DNA from: an uncultured Bifidobacteriaceae bacterium
GTDB taxonomy: Bacteria > Bacteroidota > Bacteroidia > UKL13-3
Reading direction: 5' to 3'
DNA: 55,102 nt
Assembly: GCA_964429245.1 (NCBI GenBank)
Contig: CAYSBE010000002.1
Span: forward strand, 1 to 55,102
Shown: piece by piece, positions 1-10,500 of the stretch
Layout: each line of letters opens with the position of its first letter
Numbering within the stretch: the stretch's first letter is position 1
Notes under the pieces: model-generated
Seen by the model: only the letters and a program-made list of their open reading frames with translations
The model's database searches: none
What the model was told of the DNA's origin: nothing
Position numbers and translations under genes: made by a program

Positions 1-797
1 TGCAGCAACAGCCACTTGCTCATATCGGCCACACACGAGTTAATGGAAGCGCTGGGCCCCATATTGTCAATATTGGCTAAGGGGATGGCTTGTATTTTTC
101 CCTTTACAACTGTGTGTGGTTTGCAGGCGTTGGTATCGTTTGCCATCAAGCTGTATTGTGTATTGGTATGTACCAAGCCCATGGGTTTAAAAAAGCGGTA
201 TGTCAGGAAATCGTCCCATGAGGTATCGGTAACGACAGGAATAATTTCACCCGCTGTGATAAATCCGGCATTGCAATAGCCATAGGTATAGCGAAACGGA
301 TATTTTTCGGGTGTCAGCGCAAGTTTTTCAATAATCTGTTTGCGGGTAAGGGTGCTGCCCCAATTTAGAAAATCGCCCTGAAAGGTTTGCAGACCTATGC
401 GGTGGCACAACAAATCGCGCACAGTACACACATCGGTATAAGCCGGGTTGTGCAGTTTAAAGTAAGGCAAGTAGGTTGTAACCTTTTCGTCCAGTTTTAG
501 TCGTTTTTCATAATCGAGTATTGCAATGGCTGTTCCGGTAAATGCCTTGGTGTTGCTGGCAATCTGAAACAGGGTGTATTCATTTACCTTTTCAGGCTGT
601 CCTGCCACGCGTTCACCATAACCTTTGCTCACCACCACTTTCCCGTCTTTTACAACGGCAATTGCTAGTCCGGGAATTTGCCATCGCTGCATTTCGCGTT
701 GGATGTATGCATCAAGCGAATCGGTTATAAAGGCTGGCTGAGTAACTGCAGCAAACGATATAAACAGGCCTAATGAAAAGGCAATAAATTTTCGCAT
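1..797 (-). CDS. Beta-lactamase-family serine hydrolase (PBP/class C-like), N-terminal part only; the C-terminus lies beyond the window start
   Basis: Absent from the ORF track because it runs off the edge. Manual reverse translation from ATG (cat at 795-797) gives signal peptide MRKFIAFSLGLFISFAAVTQ, then FQIASNTKAFT (SxxK) and YGYCNAG (YxN) motifs. Confidence 0.75.
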   Translation of the reverse strand, partial: MRKFIAFSLGLFISFAAVTQPAFITDSLDAYIQREMQRWQIPGLAIAVVKDGKVVVSKGYGERVAGQPEKVNEYTLFQIASNTKAFTGTAIAILDYEKRLKLDEKVTTYLPYFKLHNPAYTDVCTVRDLLCHRIGLQTFQGDFLNWGSTLTRKQIIEKLALTPEKYPFRYTYGYCNAGFITAGEIIPVVTDTSWDDFLTYRFFKPMGLVHTNTQYSLMANDTNACKPHTVVKGKIQAIPLANIDNMGPSASINSCVADMSKWLLL

Positions 798-880
798 ATT
801 ATTATTGTTATTGAGTGGTGAGAATAAAAAACTCCATGAATATTCACGGAGTTTTTACCTATTTGGGGAAATGAAATGAA

Positions 881-1900
<1,020 letters not shown>

Positions 1901-1917
1901 TCAAGAGAATGAGGGCG

Positions 1918-1948
1918 CAAAGTTACCCCACACAAATTTTTAAACAAA
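1918..1948 (-). promoter_or_regulatory. Candidate Bacteroidota sigma-A promoter for gap (-33 TTTG, 19-nt spacer, -7 TAACTTTG)
   Basis: On the minus strand, TTTG (plus-strand CAAA at 1945-1948) and TAACTTTG (plus-strand caaagtta at 1918-1925) lie about 40 nt upstream of the gap ATG. Confidence 0.4.
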
Positions 1949-1952
1949 TATT

Positions 1953-1982
1953 TTTGCCTTTTAAAAAGTATCCCTACATTTG
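1953..1982 (+). promoter_or_regulatory. Candidate Bacteroidota sigma-A promoter for tRNA-Glu (-33 TTTG, 18-nt spacer, -7 TACATTTG)
   Basis: TTTG at 1953-1956 and TACATTTG at 1975-1982, about 22 nt upstream of the mature tRNA 5' end. Confidence 0.45.
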
Positions 1983-2003
1983 CGCTCCCAAAAAGAAATA
2001 ACC

Positions 2004-2075
2004 GGCCCGTTCGTCTATCGGTTAGGACGTTAGGTTTTCATCCTGAAAAGAGGAGTTCGATTCTCCTACGGGCTA
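2004..2075 (+). tRNA. tRNA-Glu (anticodon UUC), 72 nt, CCA not encoded
   Basis: Folded by hand. Acceptor stem GGCCCGT/ACGGGCT, D stem GTCT/GGAC, anticodon stem TTAGG/CCTGA with loop TTTTCAT (anticodon TTC), T stem AGGAG/CTCCT with loop TTCGATT. Confidence 0.93.
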
Positions 2076-2114
2076 CAAAAAGTTAAGCCTCACCTTGTTG
2101 GTGAGGCTTTTTTT
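2076..2114. terminator. Bidirectional intrinsic terminator between tRNA-Glu (+) and pgk (-)
   Basis: 10-bp stem aagcctcacc / ggtgaggctt with loop ttgtt. An A-run lies 5' and a T7 run lies 3'. Confidence 0.75.
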
Positions 2115-2138
2115 ATGGAATTACTAAATAACCATGAA

Positions 2139-3353
2139 CTATTCATTCACTGCCTTAATTCCGGGCAGTTCTTTGCCTTCAAAGTACTCGAGCAAAGCTC
2201 CACCACCAGTACTCACATAACTTACCTGATCTTCAAAGCCAAACTTGGCTACGGCTGCGGCACTGTCGCCACCACCTATCAACGAAAACGCACCATTTTT
2301 GGTAGCTTCTGCTACGGCTATAGCAGCAGCTTTGGTTCCTTTTTCATAATTGCTCATCTCAAACACACCCATAGGTCCATTCCACAAAATGGTTTTCGAC
2401 TCGCCTATCACTTTTGTGTAGGCTTCGATTGCTTTGGGTCCAATATCCAATCCCATCCATCCTTTTTCAATCATCTTATTGTCGCACGCCCTGTGGTTCG
2501 CCTCGTTTGAAAACGCATCTGCAATAATGGAGTCTTCGGGTAATATCAGGTTTACATTTTTTTCTTTGGCTTTTTGCATCAGCTCACGGCAAAGGTCCAA
2601 GCGGTCGTCTTCGCACAGTGATGAACCTATTTCGTAGCCCATTGCTTTCAGGAATGTGTAGGCCATTCCGCCTCCAATAACCAAGTTATCTACCTTGTTC
2701 ATCAGATTTTCGAGTATGAGCAATTTATCAGAAACTTTTGCTCCACCTGTAATGGCGGTGAAAGGCCGGGCAGCTTCTGTCATCACTTTATCTGCATTGG
2801 TAATTTCTTTCGCCATTACATATCCAAAGCACTTAGCACTAGGAAAAAACTGTGCTACAATAGCTGTACTTGCATGTGCCCTGTGTGCCGTGCCAAAAGC
2901 ATCGTTTACATACACATCACCATTTGATGCAAGTTTTTCTGCAAATTCTTTGTCCCCTTTTTCTTCTTCTTTGTGAAATCTAAGATTTTCTAACAACAGT
3001 ATTTCTCCCGACTTTAACGTTACAGCTTTTTCTGAGGCTTCGCTACCTATGCAGTCTGCAGCAAAATGTACTTTGGCACCTGTGAGTTCTTCCACTTTGG
3101 CCAACACATGCTTTAAAGTATATTTTTCAATATCTATCGTTCCGTCTGCTTTCAATTTTTTTAGCGGACGACCCAAGTGCGACATCAATATACATGCACC
3201 ACCATCATTGAGTACTTTTTTTATGGTTGGGATGGTAGCCCGAATTCGGGCATCATCCGTTATTTCAAACGTTGATTTGTCAAGTGGTACATTAAAATCA
3301 ACACGAATTAGTGCTTTCTTGCCGGCAAAGGAAATATTGTCTACTGTTTTCAT
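2139..3353 (-). CDS. pgk: Phosphoglycerate kinase
   Basis: 404-aa ORF with the [19 protein letters not shown] and STGGGALLE motifs. Confidence 0.97.
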   Translation of the reverse strand: MKTVDNISFAGKKALIRVDFNVPLDKSTFEITDDARIRATIPTIKKVLNDGGACILMSHLGRPLKKLKADGTIDIEKYTLKHVLAKVEELTGAKVHFAADCIGSEASEKAVTLKSGEILLLENLRFHKEEEKGDKEFAEKLASNGDVYVNDAFGTAHRAHASTAIVAQFFPSAKCFGYVMAKEITNADKVMTEAARPFTAITGGAKVSDKLLILENLMNKVDNLVIGGGMAYTFLKAMGYEIGSSLCEDDRLDLCRELMQKAKEKNVNLILPEDSIIADAFSNEANHRACDNKMIEKGWMGLDIGPKAIEAYTKVIGESKTILWNGPMGVFEMSNYEKGTKAAAIAVAEATKNGAFSLIGGGDSAAAVAKFGFEDQVSYVSTGGGALLEYFEGKELPGIKAVNE

Positions 3354-3418
3354 TTGTTATGAATTTATGGTATAAAAAAGTGGGGCAAAAATAGTTTTTT
3401 TACCCACTTTTGTTGGAT

Positions 3419-3853
3419 ATGAATAAATCAATACCACTACTTTCCTTCATATTGATGCTTGCATCATGCAGCAGTAAGCAAGAAAAAATACTTTGCAGAA
3501 CCTGGCAGGTAAGCGATGTGCGATTTAATCATATTGAAAAAACTATGGTACAAAGCGATACCATTAATGGAGATGCGCAACGCATTCGCATGATGTTGCT
3601 TGAAGATGCGTTGATGCTGAATGTGTATACTTTCAATGCAGACGGAACCTATAAAACCGGAAATGCTGCCGCTTCTTCCGAAGGAAAATGGAAATTGAAT
3701 GGAAACAATATAGCATTTATCTCTGTAGAGAAAGCTGGGAAGGAAAAGAAATTCAAAATTGAACACCTGAGTGACGATTCGCTCATATTAAATATGCGCA
3801 ATGACCAAACAACCGAATCGGTGGAATTACTGCTTACCCCTATCGAGAAATAA
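3419..3853 (+). CDS. Lipoprotein, lipocalin-like domain (hypothetical)
   Basis: The ORF track starts at TTG 3410; ATG 3419 gives MNKSIPLLSFILMLASC, a lipobox. The CRTWQVSDV...FNADGTY...SDDSLIL pattern resembles lipocalin-like (PF13648-type) domains. Confidence 0.6.
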   Translation: MNKSIPLLSFILMLASCSSKQEKILCRTWQVSDVRFNHIEKTMVQSDTINGDAQRIRMMLLEDALMLNVYTFNADGTYKTGNAAASSEGKWKLNGNNIAFISVEKAGKEKKFKIEHLSDDSLILNMRNDQTTESVELLLTPIEK

Positions 3854-3855
3854 AT

Positions 3856-4212
3856 ATGGGAACCAAAACTACCTGGTACAAAGTGTATGATTTCGCAACA
3901 CATGGCAGCACACCGCAGCAACCGAATTCGGTGCGTACAATTGATATTGAGGGAACCCGTATATCTCTGTGTTTTGATGGCCAAGACTATTTCGGTTTGG
4001 CAGATCGTTGTCCGCATGCCGGTGCAAGGTTTGGGATGGGTGGATGGTGTGAGTCGGGCATGATGGTTTGCCCGGTACATAGATATAAATATGATCTTAA
4101 AAATGGTCGTGGAAAACAAGGCGACTACATTGAGACGTATGAAGTGAAACTGAAAACGGATGGCGTTTACGTGGCGCTAAAAAAGGATGTAAAATGGTGG
4201 TGGCCGTTTTAG
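3856..4212 (+). CDS. Rieske [2Fe-2S] domain protein (NirD-like small ferredoxin)
   Basis: CPHAG ... CPVHRY, the CxH/CxxH Rieske ligand motifs. It starts 2 nt after the upstream lipoprotein gene. Confidence 0.8.
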   Translation: MGTKTTWYKVYDFATHGSTPQQPNSVRTIDIEGTRISLCFDGQDYFGLADRCPHAGARFGMGGWCESGMMVCPVHRYKYDLKNGRGKQGDYIETYEVKLKTDGVYVALKKDVKWWWPF

Positions 4213-4214
4213 TA

Positions 4215-5003
4215 CTATAAATCCATTGCAGTTAGGACCAGTTCTGCAATATCTTTCACCTCAATTTCTTCTTCCTTATTGTGGTGTTTTACGCCATCAC
4301 GCAACATGGTCATGCAAAAAGGACAAGCTGCAGCTACTACATTTGGCTCTGCTTCCAACATATCATCGGCACGTTCCAAGTTCACTTCGGTTTTACCTTT
4401 TTCAGCATCTTTAAACATTTGTGCACCTCCGGCACCGCAGCACAAACCATTGGCTCTGCTTCGTTTCATTTCCACTAATGCGGCATCCAACTTTTCGATG
4501 ATTTCGCGAGGGGCTTCGTATATTCCGTTTGCCCGTCCAAGATAACAGCTGTCATGATAGGTAATTCGTTGTCCTTTAAAAGCACCGCCTTTTATAGCAA
4601 TTTTGTTGTCTTTAAGTAATTGATTAATCAGGGTCGTATGGTGTAACACTTCGTAGTTACCGCCTAATTCAGGATATTCATTTTTAAGGGTATTAAAGCA
4701 ATGCGGACAACCGGTCACAATTTTTTTGATGCCATACATGTTCAGGGTAGTGATGTTTTGCATGGCCATCATTTGAAATAGAAATTCATTTCCTGCGCGT
4801 TTTGCAGGATCGCCTGTGCATGCTTCCTCTGTACCTAAAATGGCAAATTTAATTCCTGATGCATGTAATATTTTGGCTACTGCTTTGGTGATTTTCTGTG
4901 CACGTTCGTCAAAACTGCCGGCACACCCAACCCAAAACAATATTTCTATTTGTTCTCCTGAAGCCACCACTTCAGCCATTGTTCGAACCCTAAATTCACT
5001 CAT
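4215..5003 (-). CDS. (Fe-S)-binding oxidoreductase subunit with two CCG domains (HdrD/GlcF-like)
   Basis: Two cysteine-rich CCG-type motif sets: VGCAGSF...GCPHCFN and GLCCGAGG...ACPFCMT. Confidence 0.8.
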   Translation of the reverse strand: MSEFRVRTMAEVVASGEQIEILFWVGCAGSFDERAQKITKAVAKILHASGIKFAILGTEEACTGDPAKRAGNEFLFQMMAMQNITTLNMYGIKKIVTGCPHCFNTLKNEYPELGGNYEVLHHTTLINQLLKDNKIAIKGGAFKGQRITYHDSCYLGRANGIYEAPREIIEKLDAALVEMKRSRANGLCCGAGGAQMFKDAEKGKTEVNLERADDMLEAEPNVVAAACPFCMTMLRDGVKHHNKEEEIEVKDIAELVLTAMDL

Positions 5004-5090
5004 TGCGTTAACTATTTTTATGCAGGCAATTTAATAAAAAGGCAGAAACCCCACACCATAACCGAAATTGCCTTTTTTAAATGGGGCTAA

Positions 5091-5624
5091 TTAATTTAGC
5101 AAAGCACCTGTAATTTCATCCATTTTACTTTCGCTGTATTCGCCATGCACATGCTTGAGAATATTTCCCTGTTCATCCAACACATAAAAATGAGGCTCGC
5201 CCTTTTCCTTTATCTTTAGTGCATCAATAACGCTGTTGGCATCATCTTCACTTATTACAAAATATGGTTGAAGCTTGGGGTCAATATTCTTTTTTGACTT
5301 CTGTTTCATTTCATTGATACCAAGTTTTGAAATCCCTTTAAGCATCCCGACAAAACACAAATTTGCGTTGTACATATTGCCTGTCATCATTCCGCCAAAA
5401 TTGCCTCCAAGCAATTGATTAAAAAGTGGCTGTGCCCATTTCTTAAGTGATTCATCAGCCCTAAGCGAAAATGCAATTCCAACTACAGCTCTTTTTCCTT
5501 TTACATGATCAGGTATACTTACCTTTTTGCTTTCTATGGTTTCTCCATTAATTACCGGAAACTTCTCCGTTATTTGAGAACTAAACATAACAACAGTCGC
5601 AACAATCAATATTCCTATTTTCAT
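5091..5624 (-). CDS. Hypothetical secreted protein (possible thioredoxin-like fold without CxxC)
   Basis: 177-aa ORF with an N-terminal hydrophobic signal, MKIGILIVATVVMFSS. No catalytic motif recognised. Confidence 0.55.
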   Translation of the reverse strand: MKIGILIVATVVMFSSQITEKFPVINGETIESKKVSIPDHVKGKRAVVGIAFSLRADESLKKWAQPLFNQLLGGNFGGMMTGNMYNANLCFVGMLKGISKLGINEMKQKSKKNIDPKLQPYFVISEDDANSVIDALKIKEKGEPHFYVLDEQGNILKHVHGEYSESKMDEITGALLN

Positions 5625-5639
5625 TTTTATTCATCATAA

Positions 5640-5666
5640 AAAAAGCCCGGAATTTCGGGCTTTTTA
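5640..5666 (-). terminator. Intrinsic terminator downstream of gcvH
   Basis: aaaaagcccg-gaattt-cgggcttttt: a GC stem flanked by A/T runs, 19 nt past the gcvH stop. Confidence 0.7.
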
Positions 5667-5684
5667 ATTTTTTAAATTTAGCTG

Positions 5685-6065
5685 CTATGCATTTACCAAT
5701 CCTTTGTAATCTGCTGCAGACATCAGTCCGTCAACTTCTGAGGCATTGGATAGTTGTATTTTAATCATCCATCCACTTCCGTATGGGTCTGAATTCACAG
5801 ATTCCGGTGCGGCATCCAATCCACCATTCACTTCGAGCACGGTTCCACTAAGTGGCATAAATAAATCAGATACGGTTTTTACTGCTTCTACTGTTCCAAA
5901 CACATCGTGTTGATTTACTGATTTGCCATTGCTTGGGATATCTACATACACAATGTCGCCCAATTCTTTTTGTGCAAAATCGGTAATGCCCACATAAGCT
6001 ACATCGCCTTCAATGCGAACCCATTCGTGGTCTTTGGTGTACTTTAGGTTTTCTGGAAAATTCAT
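5685..6065 (-). CDS. gcvH: Glycine cleavage system H protein
   Basis: 126-aa ORF with the lipoyl-lysine motif VEAVKTVSD and an N-terminal YTKDHEW. Confidence 0.95.
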   Translation of the reverse strand: MNFPENLKYTKDHEWVRIEGDVAYVGITDFAQKELGDIVYVDIPSNGKSVNQHDVFGTVEAVKTVSDLFMPLSGTVLEVNGGLDAAPESVNSDPYGSGWMIKIQLSNASEVDGLMSAADYKGLVNA

Positions 6066-6153
6066 AATGATAATAAAATTTAGTGCTGCAAATTATTACT
6101 TACTCTCATTAAAAAAAATGATACGACAAAAATCATTCTTTATATTGCACCTT

Positions 6154-6831
6154 ATGGCAGGCAAACTTATTTTGGTACCTACGCCTATTGGCAACCTAGA
6201 GGACATTACCCTCAGGGCAATACGTATATTAAAAGCGTGTGACGGAATTTTAGCCGAAGATACCCGTCAAACGGGGAAACTCCTCAAACATTATGAAATC
6301 AATAATAAATTAATTTCCTACCATATGCATAATGAGCATAAATCGTTGGAAAATATTATATCGATTTTAAAGGAGGGAAAAACACTTGCATTGGTAAGTG
6401 ATGCGGGCACTCCGGGCATTTCTGATCCAGGCTTTTTGTTGGTTAGGGCATGTCATGCTCAAGGTATTGATATAGAGTGTTTGCCCGGACCCACATCGTT
6501 TGTTCCTGCTTTGGTAAAAAGCGGATTTCCTTGCAATACATTTACTTTTTATGGCTTTTTACCCGAAAAAAAAGGCCGACAAACCATGCTCACCAAATTG
6601 GCCTCTGAGCCACATACATTTATTTTATTTGAATCACCCCACCGTATTGTAAAAACGCTAACCCAACTGGCTGAATTTTTAGGCCCAAATCGCCAAGCAT
6701 CTGTTTCCAGAGAATTGACAAAACTGTTTGAAGAAACAAAAAATGGAACGTTAGCAGAATTGGCTACCCATTTTACTACCCATGCTCCAAAAGGCGAGTT
6801 TGTAATGGTGGTGAAAGAAAAAGAAGACTAA
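6154..6831 (+). CDS. rsmI: 16S rRNA (cytidine1402-2'-O)-methyltransferase
   Basis: Contains GKLILVPTPIGNLEDITLRA and SDAGTPGISDPG motifs. The ORF-track start at 6013 overlaps gcvH; ATG 6154 (MAGKL...) is the family-typical start. Confidence 0.9.
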   Translation: MAGKLILVPTPIGNLEDITLRAIRILKACDGILAEDTRQTGKLLKHYEINNKLISYHMHNEHKSLENIISILKEGKTLALVSDAGTPGISDPGFLLVRACHAQGIDIECLPGPTSFVPALVKSGFPCNTFTFYGFLPEKKGRQTMLTKLASEPHTFILFESPHRIVKTLTQLAEFLGPNRQASVSRELTKLFEETKNGTLAELATHFTTHAPKGEFVMVVKEKED

Positions 6832-7463
6832 ACTTCCTGTTCTTCGGCTTTTTTACGTTTGTTGTAATCCCTGATATTTTTTATAACTGGAACAGCTGTT
6901 ACAACAACAAAACCAATGATAATCCAATGCAAATAATCTTGTGCGTTGGGTACAAAATGTCCCACATAGTAACCTGAAGTTACAACTATTCCAGGCCACA
7001 AAATTGCCCCTAACAAGGTGTATACAAAGTATATTCCGTGGTTTACCCTTACTACTCCTGCCAATATGGGCGCAAATGTTCTGATGATAGGTAAAAATCT
7101 TCCAACGATAAGGGCAAAACCACCCCATTTTTTATAAAACTCTTCGGCTGTATACAAGTATTTCTTTTTGAAAAAGAGGGTATCTTCTCGGTTGTATAGC
7201 TTTTGGCCGGTTTTGTACCCAAACCAATACCCGAAATAATATCCTAGAAAAGCAGCAATGGCAATGTAAGCCACTAAGTGGCTAATCTCTACAGGAAGCA
7301 CCTTGGTATAGGCGAGTAATCCGGCAGAAAACAACAAGGAATCTCCCGGTAAAAAGAATCCAAAGAAGACTCCATTTTCCAAAAATATAATGATGAGCAA
7401 CAGGGTTAGACCACCGTATTCAATCAGTTTATCGGGTTGAAACAAATGCCAGAAACTTTCCAA
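6828..7463 (-). CDS. DedA/VTT-family membrane protein
   Basis: 211 aa, multi-pass membrane protein with the FLENGVFFGFFLPGDSLLFSAG motif. Apparent TTG start. Confidence 0.85.
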   Translation of the reverse strand: MESFWHLFQPDKLIEYGGLTLLLIIIFLENGVFFGFFLPGDSLLFSAGLLAYTKVLPVEISHLVAYIAIAAFLGYYFGYWFGYKTGQKLYNREDTLFFKKKYLYTAEEFYKKWGGFALIVGRFLPIIRTFAPILAGVVRVNHGIYFVYTLLGAILWPGIVVTSGYYVGHFVPNAQDYLHWIIIGFVVVTAVPVIKNIRDYNKRKKAEEQEV

Positions 7464-7468
7464 TACAA

Positions 7469-7503
7469 CAATGGTTTATGTTTGGTGTAAACATAAACCA
7501 TTG
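7469..7503 (-). terminator. Perfect 15-bp inverted repeat hairpin (5-nt loop) downstream of the 1327-aa gene; probable terminator
   Basis: caatggtttatgttt-ggtgt-aaacataaaccattg. It lies 30 nt past the stop of the 1327-aa gene and 5 nt upstream of the dedA start codon. No strong U-tract follows. Confidence 0.45.
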
Positions 7504-7533
7504 TGATAATATTACAAAACTAGTGCTGTTAAA

Positions 7534-10500
7534 TCAATGTTGAATTTCGATTTTAACTGTGCGTGTGAGGCTTCCACTATTCAGCTGAACAAAATAAATA
7601 CCACTCGTTAATGCTGTAGTGTTTATGGTTTTCTCTATTGTTCCTCCATTGATTTGGTCTTGGAATACAAGCTGACCAAGGATAGTAAATACATGTAGTT
7701 GAATAGTTTCATTATACTTTTCAGATAATTGAATGGTCAATTTATCGGATGCCGGATTTGGATAAAAAGCAACTGCTGGCATAGCCAATTCAGATAATGA
7801 TGTGGTGTTTCTAACATTTACATTCAACTGCTTCAGTTCTCCTCGGCAACCAAACGTATTGGTTTCACGTGCTCGCACAATTCCGTTGGTTGATGCTCCC
7901 CAAGCAATGGTAATTGTATTGGTTGTTCCTCCAGATTGTTGGGTTCCTCCAACGGCTACCCAATTAAATATTGAACCTACATCACCTTGAATGGTATAAG
8001 TTTGTGTTTCAAAATTACGAACACTATCAGGACCAAGAATAGAACTTGTTTGGGGAGTTGGATTTACCGTTATGGATGTGATTGATTCCGGTGAAGTACA
8101 TCCCTTTTTAGTCATTTTTACTTTGTAGTCTCCCGATTGTGCAATATTGATATTTCTAATAACAGGATTTTGTATCGCTGTTCCAAATCCTGCAGGGCCG
8201 GTCCATTCATAATCTGCTCCCGTAGAAAATGCTGCAAAAAGCATTAAGCTATCTCCTGTACACAATATTCCATTGGTAGGCAAAGTCGTAATTCCCGGAG
8301 CTGCTGGAATAGGATTAATTTCAACCACTGTATTTCCGGGTTTCGACAAACATGATTGTTTTATAACCACTACTTCATAAACACCTGAAGCATCTGACTG
8401 GATATTGTTGATTACAGGAGTTCTTTGGGTAGAACTAAACCCATTTGGACCTGTCCAACTATATGTAGCGTTTTGAACAAAATCAGTAGAAAGATTTAAT
8501 GCTTGACCTACACATAGCGGACCATTATTGCTTGGTACAGGTGTCTCAGGTAAGGGTGTAATGCTTACGGTCGTATTGGCCGGTGATGAGAAACATCCGT
8601 TCACAATAGCGCGAACGCTATATGTTCCTGCTTGTGCAACTCCGATACCAGAAATAAATGGATTTTGAGAAAAGCTTGAAAATCCATCCGGCCCCTGCCA
8701 AACGTAATTGGCACCGGGAACGGGTGAAGCTGTAAGTTGCAAATTGCTGCCTTCACAAACCAAACCACTATTTCCGGCAACAGGTGACTGTGGAGGAGTG
8801 CGTAACGAAACAGATACAATAGCAGGTGATGACGTACAACCCGAATCAGAAACTGTTGCTTGATAATTTCCAACATTGGATTGGTTTGCGTTGGGTAATA
8901 TTGGGTTAAAAAGCGAAGAAGAAAAGTTGTTTGGACCACTCCAGCTGAAAGCCCTGTTTGGACCTGTAGAAGTGGATGTGGCGCTAAAACGAATGGTATC
9001 TCCTGTACATACGGGAGCATTGCTATTTATTGATGGAGGAACAGGAATCCGCCTGATACTCACATTATGATTGGATGTATTGGAAGTGCCGCAACCTGAT
9101 ACTGTTACAAATACACTGTATTGTCCTGCTTTGGAAGCCGTAACACTGCTAATGCTTGGATTTTGTTGATTGGACGTAAATCCATCAGGACCCGACCAAT
9201 TGTATGAAGCACCTGTTATATTACTCGCATTTAGTTGCAAAGTTGTGCCATCACACAGTGGTGAATTACTCGTAATTGCAGGTGCAGCAGGCAAGGATGA
9301 TATTTGAACTTGTATCGTACCTGCTGTTGATGTACTGCATCCGGGAGTACTTGCAGTAACGCTATACAGTCCATCTGCTGCTGTGGTCACATTGGAAATA
9401 CTTGGATTTTGTGTGCCGTTACTAAAACCGTTTGGACCTGTCCAATTGTAAGTAGCGCCAAGTATATTGCTGGCGGTTAATTGTAAAGTTTGTCCCGGAC
9501 AAATAGGACCGTTGCTGCTGGCTATAGGTGTTGGTGTACTTGTGCTCACCACAACATTAATTGTTGCAGGCAAAGATGGGCAACCATTCACAGTGGCAAT
9601 CAAACTATACTGTCCTGAATGTACAAGTTGTACGGTATCTCTGGTAGGATTTTGTTGTGTTGAGGTAAAATTAGCAGGACCGCTCCACTCATATGTAGCT
9701 CCTGAAACCGGTGTTGAGGTAAGACTAAGTATTTGGCCAACACATAACGGACCATTACTTGAAACAACCGGTGTTGTTGGAATATTATTAACCGTTACTG
9801 TAGTTGAGGATGATATAGAAGTACATCCATTCACGTTGGCTTCAACAGTATAAGTACCAGCAAAAGCGGTTGTTGCTGAAGGACGAGCCGGGTTTTGTTG
9901 GGTTGAGGTAAATCCATTCGGTCCACTCCAATTATACGTAGCACCACTAACCGATGTAGAAGAAAGTTGTAAATTATTTCCTGCACACAACGGACCATTG
10001 TTTGTTGCGACTGGAGTTGCCGGTATAGGATTAACTACAACCGATGTTGTAAAAGGTCCAATCGTGCCACATCCTGCAAGTGTTACAGAAACATTGTAGG
10101 TTCCTGCATCACTTACCGTGATATTGGTGCGTGTGGGGTTTAGGTTGTTGGAACTAAACCCATTTGGACCAGTCCAACTGTATGTAGCACCAGCAATATT
10201 GCTTACTGAAAGCGTTAACTGCTGACCTGCGCATAGTGGTCCGTTGTTAGATGCAATAGGTGTTGATATTATATTGACAACAGTTGAAGCAACGGCTGAT
10301 GTACATTGGCCTGCAACAGCACGTACACTATACGTTCCTTGATTTAAAATCCCAATATTGGAAACAGTTGGTCGCTGCACACTAGAAGTAAACCCATTTG
10401 GCCCTGACCAAATATATGATGCTCCGGGAATAGTATCACAACTTAATTGTAAGGTTCCTCCCAAACATAATGGACTGTTGCTGTATGCATTGGGTGCGTT

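Noticed and set aside
3649-4119. 156-aa minus-strand ORF spanning the lipoprotein/Rieske junction
   Set aside because: It overlaps two motif-supported plus-strand genes, and its composition is atypical (Cys/His/Arg-rich).
5025-5078. ggcaattt...aaattgcc 8-bp inverted repeat followed by T6 (terminator-like on the plus strand)
   Set aside because: The loop is about 32 nt, so the hairpin is weak. The T-run orientation fits the plus strand, but no plus-strand gene ends nearby, and on the minus strand it lacks a U-tract.
6013-6153. Upstream extension of rsmI from the ORF-track start
   Set aside because: The extension overlaps the gcvH coding region on the other strand and adds a non-homologous leader. 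The conserved RsmI N-terminus begins at ATG 6154.
6828-6831. Convergent overlap of the rsmI and dedA stop codons (CTAA)
   Set aside because: The overlap is real but trivial. Such compact convergent gene ends are common, and no functional inference can be drawn.
8601-9853. 139-aa (minus, off-frame) and 128-aa (plus) ORFs inside the repeat array; also considered whether the regular about 246-nt periodicity could be a CRISPR-like array
   Set aside because: The periodicity is an in-frame protein repeat of one long CDS. The units are diverged, with no conserved short direct repeats separated by unique spacers. The extra ORFs are frame shadows.
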